A stretch of DNA of 53,063 nt from an uncultured Clostridia bacterium (lineage in GTDB: Bacteria; Bacillota; Clostridia; Christensenellales; UBA3700): the NCBI GenBank assembly GCA_947177795.1, contig CAMWVR010000004.1:1-53063 (forward strand), read 5' to 3'. A program made the translations under genes and the position numbers. Below the pieces are notes generated by a model, which worked only from the letters and a program-made list of their open reading frames with translations, searched no databases and was not told where the DNA came from. The stretch's first letter is position 1. The number at the start of each line of letters is the position of its first letter. This document shows, in pieces, positions 34,895-42,690 of the stretch.

Positions 34895-34923
34895 TTGACT
34901 TTTTTGTTAATAATTTTTATACT
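34895..34923 (+). promoter_or_regulatory. Fic gene promoter; predicted leaderless transcript
   Basis: TTGACT (34895-34900), 17 nt, TATACT (34918-34923). The ATG at 34930 is 6 nt after the -10 box and there is no SD sequence. Confidence 0.6.
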
Positions 34924-34929
34924 TGATGT

Positions 34930-35916
34930 ATGGATAAATATATACCGCCTTATGACTTAACAGACGAAATGCTTGATTTAGTTGCTCAAATTATGGAAAC
35001 GCTTGGGCAATTGAACGGCGTTAACGGACTGGAAAAACTTCCCAAACTGCGCAGAGTGAGCAGAATCAAGTCCATACATTCGTCTCTTGCGATAGAAAAC
35101 AATACGTTGTCTATTGAACAAGTCACTGACGTAATTGACGGCAAGAGAGTATTGGGACCGCAAGAAGATATTTTGGCAGTGAGAAATGCTAACGAAGCAT
35201 ATAAAATTTTAGAAGAAATTGACCCCTATGAGATAAAAGATTTGCTTAAAGTACACGGCGTTATGATGCAAGGGCTTGTAGCAGAAGCGGGGCAACTGAG
35301 AACAGGACAAGTTGGCGTGTATAACGGTGATGGAGAAGTGATTCATATTGCACCGTCTTCTGATATTGCGCCTACGTTACTTACAGGGCTATTTAATTGG
35401 GTAAAGACCTCAAAAGTCAATATGTTAATAAAATCAAGCATATTTCATTATGAATTTGAATTTATCCATCCTTTTAGAGACGGCAATGGCAGAACAGGTA
35501 GACTTTGGCAAACGGCGTTGCTTGCAAGTTGGAAGGATATATTCGCTTGGATACCTATAGAAAGTATAATTAAAGACAATCAGGAAGAATACTATAAAGC
35601 AATTATGCAGTCCACAAGTCAAGGTAAATCCAATGCCTTTATTGTATTTATGCTAGACATCATTAACAAAGCAATTAAAGATATAGTCAAAGATACGACA
35701 AATCACTTCAATCATATCAATAATTATATTGCTTCTTTGCTTAAAGTCGTAGATAGTTATCCTCAATCGGCAAAAGAACTTATGGCAAAACTTAATTTAA
35801 AATCAAAAGACAGTTTTAGAAAGAACTATTTATATCCTGCAATTGACGCGGGGCTTGTGGGAATGACCGAGCCGGATAAACCCACGAGTAAAAATCAAAG
35901 ATATTTCAAAATCTAA
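34930..35916 (+). CDS. Fic-family protein (class II, intramolecular inhibitory motif)
   Basis: Fic motif HPFRDGNGRTGR. N-terminal inhibitory-type motif SLAIEN, matching (S/T)xxxE(G/N). Confidence 0.9.
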   Translation: MDKYIPPYDLTDEMLDLVAQIMETLGQLNGVNGLEKLPKLRRVSRIKSIHSSLAIENNTLSIEQVTDVIDGKRVLGPQEDILAVRNANEAYKILEEIDPYEIKDLLKVHGVMMQGLVAEAGQLRTGQVGVYNGDGEVIHIAPSSDIAPTLLTGLFNWVKTSKVNMLIKSSIFHYEFEFIHPFRDGNGRTGRLWQTALLASWKDIFAWIPIESIIKDNQEEYYKAIMQSTSQGKSNAFIVFMLDIINKAIKDIVKDTTNHFNHINNYIASLLKVVDSYPQSAKELMAKLNLKSKDSFRKNYLYPAIDAGLVGMTEPDKPTSKNQRYFKI

Positions 35917-36134
35917 TCGTCCGTCAGACCCAAAAGATAATCGGTGGATACGTCAAAATATTGCGCAAGTTTAAATATAGCCTCGGCGCAAGGCTCTTGT
36001 TTTCCCGTTTCCCAATAACTGATAGAGGCGTTGCTTAAGTTTAAGTCCTTTGCGAGCAAATTTTGACCGACGTTTTTTTCGGTTCGCAAGGATTTAAGCC
36101 TTTCTCCAAATACCTTTCTATCAAATTCTTTCAT
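35913..36134 (-). CDS. XRE-family helix-turn-helix regulator
   Basis: MKEFDRKVFGERLKSLRTEKNVGQNLLAKDLNLSNASISYWETGK. ATG at 36134 preferred over the track's TTG at 36152. The 3' end overlaps the Fic stop by 4 nt (convergent genes). Confidence 0.75.
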   Translation of the reverse strand: MKEFDRKVFGERLKSLRTEKNVGQNLLAKDLNLSNASISYWETGKQEPCAEAIFKLAQYFDVSTDYLLGLTDD

Positions 36135-36169
36135 ATAAAATAATTTTAACAATAATTAGAGAAAAATAC

Positions 36170-36198
36170 TTGACTTCTAATTATAATTAGAATATAAT
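36170..36198 (+). promoter_or_regulatory. Promoter with a 14-bp perfect palindrome in its spacer
   Basis: TTGACT (36170-36175), 17 nt, TATAAT (36193-36198). Palindrome ctaattataattag at 36177-36190. A divergent extended -10 TGTTAAAAT (minus strand, 36151-36143) lies 8 nt before the ATG at 36134. Confidence 0.65.
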
Positions 36199-36269
36199 TA
36201 ACAAGCAAAGTGATGTTGCTGTTCTATTAACTCGGATAAATCTAATCAACATCATTAAATGAGGATATT

Positions 36270-36743
36270 ATGGCAAAAGAAACAAAAAGTATCGAACTGA
36301 ATTCAAATGTGGAAGAATTGTACATTGGAGAATGGGAAGCATTTGGTTGGGAAGTACTTTCATCTCAAAAAATTTCAAATTCAAGAGTTAAACTAACTTT
36401 TTGTAGAGATAGAGAACTCAAGAACTATGATGAACTAGATTCAAGATTTCAAAGATATTTGATGTTAGAAGATAAGATGAAGGAATACGCTATAAAAAAA
36501 CATAACCTTGAAACTGAGGCTAAACCAATAAAAGTTAAATTTAACATTTTGTATGCTATTATTTCTATTTTATTTTGTGGTATTGGATTTATTTTTTATC
36601 TTATATATTTCTTTGTAGCAAATCATGGCTATAAGAAAGATATTGCGAAGTATAATGAAGTACACGCTAAATATGAGGAAAAGTATGACCAACTGTTTAA
36701 AGAAAGCCAAAGCATTGTGAATGAGGCAAGAACTTTTATATAA
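36270..36743 (+). CDS. Hypothetical single-pass membrane protein
   Basis: GAGGA RBS. TM helix ILYAIISILFCGIGFIFYLIYFFVA. Confidence 0.6.
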   Translation: MAKETKSIELNSNVEELYIGEWEAFGWEVLSSQKISNSRVKLTFCRDRELKNYDELDSRFQRYLMLEDKMKEYAIKKHNLETEAKPIKVKFNILYAIISILFCGIGFIFYLIYFFVANHGYKKDIAKYNEVHAKYEEKYDQLFKESQSIVNEARTFI

Positions 36744-36873
36744 TTCAATATTATCCACAATAGTTTTGTTAGTTTGAATGATTATATCATAAAAGTAGTA
36801 ATCGTTTAAAATTTATGGCTTGATTATAGTCAGTTTAAGCAAGAGCAATAAGCCTATTTAAAAGGAGAGAAAA

Positions 36874-37521
36874 ATGAAAGTAGTAAGTTGGATTTTATTT
36901 GTTTTGTCGATAATATTGTTGCCAATATTGGCAATTACTGGAGTCACTGGAGTTTTTGAAGATCCATTATGGGTATTTATAACAATAGGAGTAGCGGCAT
37001 TCCTCATTCTAGGTTTTATAAGTCATATTATAATAGCGCGTGTAGGCGAAAGAAAAGAAAAGGCAAGTTTTGCATTGTATATTTTGACAGCACCAGCTTA
37101 TTATATATTTTATATAGTATTGCGTATAGTTTTTTTCTGGTTGGATTTTATAGATTTGATGTTCTATATTGGATGTGGCAAAAGATATATTTCCGAGGCT
37201 TTAAAAACTATTATAGATATAATTACTCCATACAAAACACAGCATGAAATTGAAGAAGAAAAAATGCAAGAAGAAGAAAAAAATAAGATAGAAGTTTTTA
37301 CAATTAATTATAAAGGTTACAAAAGAGAATTGACCTATACCACATGGCAGGGAAAGCGACAAAAAACAGATTACAATGATAAATCGCCATACTATTTTAA
37401 AGAATACAAACTTCTTATAGATGACCTAGGGAATTATTGGCGTTCTTATGACGGCGGAAAATCTTTTATTAGAGAAGTTAACGGAGAAATTGTGGATGTA
37501 TTAGGCAATCCTTATGATTGA
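36874..37521 (+). CDS. Hypothetical multi-pass membrane protein with a soluble C-terminal domain
   Basis: AAGGAGAG RBS. Three or four hydrophobic helices, then an EEEKMQEEEKNK linker. Confidence 0.6.
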   Translation: MKVVSWILFVLSIILLPILAITGVTGVFEDPLWVFITIGVAAFLILGFISHIIIARVGERKEKASFALYILTAPAYYIFYIVLRIVFFWLDFIDLMFYIGCGKRYISEALKTIIDIITPYKTQHEIEEEKMQEEEKNKIEVFTINYKGYKRELTYTTWQGKRQKTDYNDKSPYYFKEYKLLIDDLGNYWRSYDGGKSFIREVNGEIVDVLGNPYD

Positions 37522-37555
37522 TTTTTAATGTTTAAATGTCAAGAAACGCAGCTAA

Positions 37556-37586
37556 GCAATTCGCCGATTTCGGCGAATTGCTTTTA
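37556..37586 (+). terminator. Rho-independent terminator
   Basis: gcaattcgccg-attt-cggcgaattgc gives an 11-bp perfect stem, followed by tttt. Confidence 0.85.
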
Positions 37587-37712
37587 TAATTTGGGAGAAA
37601 TCGCCGAAATCGGAGAATATACTATTGACAAAATACTCACGATTGATAAATTCGGCTTGGGAAGTTACGACGGCATCGTCGTAGAAAATATAATAGATTG
37701 GTTGAAGTCAAA

Positions 37713-38603
37713 TTAGATTTTAAATATGATCGTCAATACGCCGCCGTTGTATTCGGCAGTGATTTCGCCGCCTAATTGTTTTGTGAGTTGTTTTGCGATA
37801 GATAAGCCAAGACCTGTGGAATACTTGCCGTTTTCTACGGTAAAAAATCTGTCAAATAGTTTTCCGACGTCGACGTTGTTGAGATTGCGCGCGGTGTTGG
37901 AAAAACTTATTGTTCCGTTTTCTTTTACGTTGACGGAAAAGTCGCCGTCACTGTACTTGATCGCATTCTCGATTATGTTTGAAAAAATTCTCGTCAAAGA
38001 GTTTTTGTCGGTGATACGTAGCACAGCGCTCTCGCAAGCGGTAATTTGGGGTATGATATTTCTTTGGCAAAATTTGTTATAAAAAGAAAACAAAGTCTCT
38101 TGCAATAGACAGTTGATGTCAAGTTTTTCAAATTGTTGATTTTTTTCTGAAGTCGTATTTGTTGCGACAGAATATTTAAAGAGTTCTTCCGACAGTGTTT
38201 TGAGCGCAGTTGCTCTTTCGGATATTATCGCAAGATATTTATCTATTTTGTCGCGACTTGTTTCTTCTTTTATCATATCGGTATATCCGCATATCGCGGT
38301 AAGGGGAGTGCGTATATCGTGGGCTACGTTGGTAATTGCAGACTTGAGTTCTTTATCGCCGTTGACATACGTCAATTCTTTTTCTCTCAACTCGCTTATC
38401 TTTGCATTTAGCGAGCAGGCAAGAGCAGATATATCTTTGTCGGCGCAAGATATATTTATCAAAGCGTTGGTGTTGCCTTGAATCAACTTGGAGAATTGCT
38501 CTTTTATTTCTTTTGCGGCTTTTTTCATTATCAGTATTTTTGCCGTCAGTAGTATAAGGGCGATGGCAATCGCCAAACTTAAAAGTGTCAAAAATATTTC
38601 CAT
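37713..38603 (-). CDS. Sensor histidine kinase with a single N-terminal TM helix and no evident extracellular sensor domain
   Basis: H-box AHDIRTPLTAI. G-box GLGLSIAKQL. AAGGAGAG RBS. Confidence 0.85.
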   Translation of the reverse strand: MEIFLTLLSLAIAIALILLTAKILIMKKAAKEIKEQFSKLIQGNTNALINISCADKDISALACSLNAKISELREKELTYVNGDKELKSAITNVAHDIRTPLTAICGYTDMIKEETSRDKIDKYLAIISERATALKTLSEELFKYSVATNTTSEKNQQFEKLDINCLLQETLFSFYNKFCQRNIIPQITACESAVLRITDKNSLTRIFSNIIENAIKYSDGDFSVNVKENGTISFSNTARNLNNVDVGKLFDRFFTVENGKYSTGLGLSIAKQLTKQLGGEITAEYNGGVLTIIFKI

Positions 38604-38697
38604 AATCTCTCCTTTGCTTTCTTTATATCAGTCTTCTTGAATAATTTTATCCCTATTTATGCAGTAATGTCAATGTAGGAAAAGCATTTGTTAGGTA

Positions 38698-38731
38698 GCG
38701 TTGCGCAATCGTTACTGAGATTGCGCAACGC
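38698..38731. other. 13-bp perfect-stem hairpin between the permease gene and the kinase gene
   Basis: gcgttgcgcaatc-gttactga-gattgcgcaacgc. There is no U-tract on the minus strand. Confidence 0.6.
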
Positions 38732-38748
38732 AAATTTAGGGGGTTATG

Positions 38749-39585
38749 TCACCTTAAATTAGTTTTGTTGAATATAAGCATACCTGCGCCGTTGGCCGCG
38801 CATATCCAGCCAAGATTGCAAAGCATCGGTTGCCATCTGAAGTCGTAGTTGAGAGTAATTTGCAAGTCTTGTCCAGTCGGCAAGAAATCTAACATAAATT
38901 TGCAAAAGTCAAGCGTAGCCTTTCCCGGCAACTCGGGATTGGGAACTTTTTTGTAATAAGGTATGCCAAATAATTCTGCGTCCACGTAAATATAAGGCGG
39001 TATGCTCAAAACAGCGTCAAAGACGAATATGGCGAGGAAATAACTTACTATAATCAACGATAGTGAAATGAGTAGCGCGGCGATTTGGTTCTTGCTTGTC
39101 ATAGTGATAAAAGTAAATATAGAAGAGTATGCAAGTACCATTAGCGCACCTTCCGATATAAGCAAATATATATTCTTTGCGGGGACGGTGATCTTGCCAA
39201 ACAGCGGAAGTGTAAGTATGCAGAAAAATAGTTGATAGACTATAATGAGCGCAATAGATATTATGCTTGTCGTCAGCAAGTTGGCGGCGTATATTTGGCT
39301 TTTCCTATAACTTATTATGATTTTGTTTTTCAAAGTCCCGTTTTGAAAGTCCGCACCGAAGATCACGCTACAGATAACGGCGACGATTGCGGCGGGTATG
39401 GGAAGACCTATCAAGCCATATCCGAAAGCAAGTATTTCCGCGCTCGATTCAGATATGGGGGTGTAAGGGACAAAGCGTATTATTATAGGCGTCAAGATTG
39501 AATACAAAATATACGCGGAAAAGAATATCCAAAAAGTTGCGCTTTTGACCAATCTTGTGAAATTGGCGCGTAATAATTTTAGCAT
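38749..39585 (-). CDS. ABC-2-type permease (LanG/E-like)
   Basis: Six predicted TM helices. Paralog of 39613..40470 (shared MLKLLRANFTRLVKSATFWIF-type N-terminus and GADFQNGTLKNKII motif). Confidence 0.8.
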   Translation of the reverse strand: MLKLLRANFTRLVKSATFWIFFSAYILYSILTPIIIRFVPYTPISESSAEILAFGYGLIGLPIPAAIVAVICSVIFGADFQNGTLKNKIIISYRKSQIYAANLLTTSIISIALIIVYQLFFCILTLPLFGKITVPAKNIYLLISEGALMVLAYSSIFTFITMTSKNQIAALLISLSLIIVSYFLAIFVFDAVLSIPPYIYVDAELFGIPYYKKVPNPELPGKATLDFCKFMLDFLPTGQDLQITLNYDFRWQPMLCNLGWICAANGAGMLIFNKTNLR

Positions 39586-39612
39586 TGGGGTCTTCCTCCT
39601 TTAAAAATTTTG

Positions 39613-40470
39613 TTACTTGATATTCGACTTTTTGAAGACGGCTATTCCTACGCCGCTCGTTGCTGTAATTAAACCTAGTGAGTACAGAAGCATTTGCCAG
39701 GTGTGAGAATATCCTCCGTTTGATATTTGCGCACTTTGTCCGCTTGGGAAGAAATCAAGCAAAAATTGGCAAAAAACGCGTACCGCTTTACTCGGATAAT
39801 ACGGATTAGGGACGTCGGTCAAAAGTACATCGCCGAATTCGTCGCGCATTAAATTGCCGAATTCGTCTATCATAAAGTCTTTTATGAAAGGCGGAATATT
39901 ATTTGTATAATAGTGGGCAGCAAAGGCTATAAGCGCTCCGCAGGTCAATACTACTAACGAGATTATTACTGCGGCGGTGGAGTTTTTGCTAACCATTACT
40001 ATCAAGGTCATTACCGCAGAGTACGTCATAAGCATAAGCGCGCCGTTGACTAACATCCAAATTATCGTACTTGCGGACGACGTGAACTTGCCGAGCAACG
40101 GCATTCCCAATATGAAGAATACCAAAAGATAAATTACGCTCAGCGCAAGCGATAAAATCATCATTGTCAAAAGGTTGGCAAGATAGATATAAGTCTTTGA
40201 CTGACCGATAATGATTTTATTTTTTAAAGTTCCGTTGTGAAAATCTGCGCTGAAGATAATGCAGCATAAAAGCGCTATGAGTACTCCTTGCATCGGAAAC
40301 CATTCTATACCGTAATTGAGAGAAAGCATTTTGTCGCTTGTTATACGTTCAAAACTACTGTTTTCAATAACCGCGATAATAATGGGATATAATGCGTATA
40401 ATGCTACCAATATCCAAAAAGTCGCGCTTTTTATTACTCTTGCAAAATTGGCTTTAAGGAGTTTAAACAT
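39613..40470 (-). CDS. ABC-2-type permease (LanE/G-like)
   Basis: Paralogous to 38749..39585. Overlaps the ATPase gene by 8 nt. Confidence 0.8.
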   Translation of the reverse strand: MFKLLKANFARVIKSATFWILVALYALYPIIIAVIENSSFERITSDKMLSLNYGIEWFPMQGVLIALLCCIIFSADFHNGTLKNKIIIGQSKTYIYLANLLTMMILSLALSVIYLLVFFILGMPLLGKFTSSASTIIWMLVNGALMLMTYSAVMTLIVMVSKNSTAAVIISLVVLTCGALIAFAAHYYTNNIPPFIKDFMIDEFGNLMRDEFGDVLLTDVPNPYYPSKAVRVFCQFLLDFFPSGQSAQISNGGYSHTWQMLLYSLGLITATSGVGIAVFKKSNIK

Positions 40471-41377
40471 TACTCTCGCCTCCCAGAAGATTGATATAAT
40501 AAGACTCCAAAGTTTCGTCTTTTTCGCTTACTTTGATAAGCGTAATGCCGTGGCACTTGAGAATATCGCTCAATGCCGATATGCTTATTTCGCCGTACAG
40601 TTCGCCTTCGGTGGGGGAAGTAAGTTTGTATTGCAGATGCGTTTCGTCGAGAGCAGAGCAAAGTTCAACGGCGGTGTCGACTTTGAATACGATACGCTTT
40701 TTGAGACTGTCCTCGAGTTGGTCTTTGGTGATTTCTTTGAGTATCTTGCCTTTGTCGATAAAGCCGTAGTGCGTGGCTATTTTGGAAAGTTCGTCGAGAA
40801 TATGGCTTGAGATCAAAAAGGCAATGTTACGTTCTTTGTTAAGTTTGAGTATGATTTCCCTTATTTCCACTATGCCTTGCGGGTCAAGTCCGTTGATAGG
40901 TTCGTCAAGCACGACGAAGTCTGGATCGGAGGCTAGAGCCATTGCAATTCCAAGTCTTTGGCGCATACCCAGAGAAAAATTGCGGACGGGCTTTTTGCCT
41001 GTGTCTTTGAGGTCAACCATTTCAAGGAGTTTGTCAATTCCGTCAAACGACGGTTTGCCAAGCAACAAAAATTGCTGTTTGAGATTGTCTTTGGCGCTCA
41101 TACTGCCGTATAGCGCGGGGGATTCGACAATCCCGCCCATTCGTCTGCGAGCGCTGTAAATCTCTTTGCCAGTATATGGCGCGCCGAATATTGAATAAGT
41201 GCCTACCGTAGGCGATTGAAGACCGCAGATAATGCGAATCAACGTGGTTTTACCTGCGCCGTTTTTTCCGACGAGTCCGTAAATTGCGCCTTGGGGAATA
41301 CGCATAGTTACGCCGTCGAGAGCGAGATATTTGCGGTATTTTTTTGACAGGTTGTCAACGGTTAAACAATATTCCAT
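40463..41377 (-). CDS. ABC transporter ATP-binding protein (LanF-like)
   Basis: Walker A GKNGAGKTT, signature FSLGMRQRL, Walker B VVLDEPINGLD. Confidence 0.9.
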   Translation of the reverse strand: MEYCLTVDNLSKKYRKYLALDGVTMRIPQGAIYGLVGKNGAGKTTLIRIICGLQSPTVGTYSIFGAPYTGKEIYSARRRMGGIVESPALYGSMSAKDNLKQQFLLLGKPSFDGIDKLLEMVDLKDTGKKPVRNFSLGMRQRLGIAMALASDPDFVVLDEPINGLDPQGIVEIREIILKLNKERNIAFLISSHILDELSKIATHYGFIDKGKILKEITKDQLEDSLKKRIVFKVDTAVELCSALDETHLQYKLTSPTEGELYGEISISALSDILKCHGITLIKVSEKDETLESYYINLLGGESNV

Positions 41378-41456
41378 ATAGAATACTCCTTGGATTTTGT
41401 ACCTTTATATTATCGTATATAAATCAAGGAATTTATAAAAAAACGTCAATATTTTG

Positions 41457-42119
41457 TTAAGATTTTAATTTATATCCGATACCCCATACCGCTTGAATGT
41501 AGTCTTTGTCAGTCGTTGTCTTGAGTTTTGCGCGCAAGTTGGCTATATGAGTGCGCAACGAACTCTCTTCGCAATCGGGCGTAAGGTCTTCGATTTGGGT
41601 CATTATAGCGTCCTTGGAAAAGACTTTGTCGGGATTTTGCATAAGAGTATAGAGTATTGCAAATTCCGTCTTGGTGAGTTTGAGGGGCGTATTTTTTACG
41701 CTTGCGACGTAGGTCGATAGGTCTAAAGATATGTCTTCAAATTCAAGCCTGTCATTTTTGCGCGCGCTTTCTCGCAGGTGCACGCTTATTCTGGCAAGCA
41801 GTTCCTTTATATCAAAAGGCTTTGTCACGTAATCTACTGCGCCCGAGAGCAATAAGTTGACTTTGTTGTCGATATCTACTTTGGCGCTCACGACGATGAC
41901 GGGGATGTTTTGGATTTTCGGCAAGAGTTCCTCGCCCGAAAGTCCCGGCAACATAAGGTCGAGCAAAATCAAATCGGGGCGGTTGCTTTGAATTACGTAC
42001 GGCGCTTCCGTGCCCGAATAGGCTCTGGCAACTGCGTAGTCGTTTTTTTCCAACAACTCCTGCAACATATCTCCGATATATACGTCGTCGTCAATTATCA
42101 ATATCGTCTTTTTTTGCAT
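41457..42119 (-). CDS. OmpR-family response regulator
   Basis: MQKKTILIIDDD receiver domain and a winged-helix C-terminus (WGIGYKL). GAGG RBS. The first 53 codons of track ORF 41457..42278 run through repeat elements and are rejected. Confidence 0.9.
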   Translation of the reverse strand: MQKKTILIIDDDVYIGDMLQELLEKNDYAVARAYSGTEAPYVIQSNRPDLILLDLMLPGLSGEELLPKIQNIPVIVVSAKVDIDNKVNLLLSGAVDYVTKPFDIKELLARISVHLRESARKNDRLEFEDISLDLSTYVASVKNTPLKLTKTEFAILYTLMQNPDKVFSKDAIMTQIEDLTPDCEESSLRTHIANLRAKLKTTTDKDYIQAVWGIGYKLKS

Positions 42120-42152
42120 ACAAGCCTCGTTTGAATAAAAATCGTTAGTTTT

Positions 42153-42181
42153 AGTATATTTTACTTTTTGCAATTTGTCAA
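42153..42181 (-). promoter_or_regulatory. Promoter of the response-regulator/ABC operon
   Basis: The minus strand reads TTGACA (42181-42176), 17 nt, TATACT (42158-42153). Confidence 0.65.
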
Positions 42182-42191
42182 TATGGGATTG

Positions 42192-42314
42192 AGATTTCTC
42201 CGCGTCGCTACCGACAAAACGAAAATGTCGTAAGGCTCCATTTTGTCGGTAATTAATAAAAGCATTAGATCTCTCCACTGCGGTCGAGATGACATTAAGA
42301 TTAATCGAAATGAC
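42192..42314. repeat. Repeat cluster: truncated hairpin unit, type-B hairpin copy 2, complete hairpin unit, partial unit
   Basis: 42192-42208 agatttctccgcgtcgc (truncated). 42209-42251 type B. 42267-42293 agaTCTCtccactgcggtcGAGAtgac. 42305-42314 tcgaaatgac. Confidence 0.8.
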
Positions 42315-42385
42315 AAATAGAATAGGAATATATATTTTTATTTATTAAAGGTGATTATTTTGATTAAGTTGGGCATAATCGCAGT

Positions 42386-42625
42386 ATGAGAGAAATTATA
42401 AAACACATCGATGAAGTAAAAAGAAGAGTGGGGCTTATCGTAGGTCAGCCCTTGACTTTTGAGGTCAACAAAGGTCGCAACAAGTTTGTCAAATTCGACG
42501 GATATATCCAAGACGCTTATCCGGCGATATTTACCGTGCGATGCATGATTGAGGGCGAGGAAGAATTGCTCTCGTATTCGTATAACGATATCTTGACTCG
42601 CAACGTTAGGATAAATAAAAAATAG
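42386..42625 (+). CDS. veg: Veg-family protein
   Basis: 79 aa. GRNKFVKFDGYIQDAYPAIFTV and SYSYNDILTRNV are characteristic of Veg/DUF1021. Confidence 0.85.
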   Translation: MREIIKHIDEVKRRVGLIVGQPLTFEVNKGRNKFVKFDGYIQDAYPAIFTVRCMIEGEEELLSYSYNDILTRNVRINKK

Positions 42626-42690
42626 TTTTTGTCATATTGCCTTATTTAACGCAATATACTATGGTGTAAAAACAACTGTGCGGAGGATAT

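Noticed and set aside
37528-37716. A 62-aa ORF lies between the membrane-protein gene and the kinase gene.
   Set aside because: It contains the strong terminator hairpin at 37556-37586 near its 5' end and has no RBS. It is most likely non-coding convergent-terminator space.
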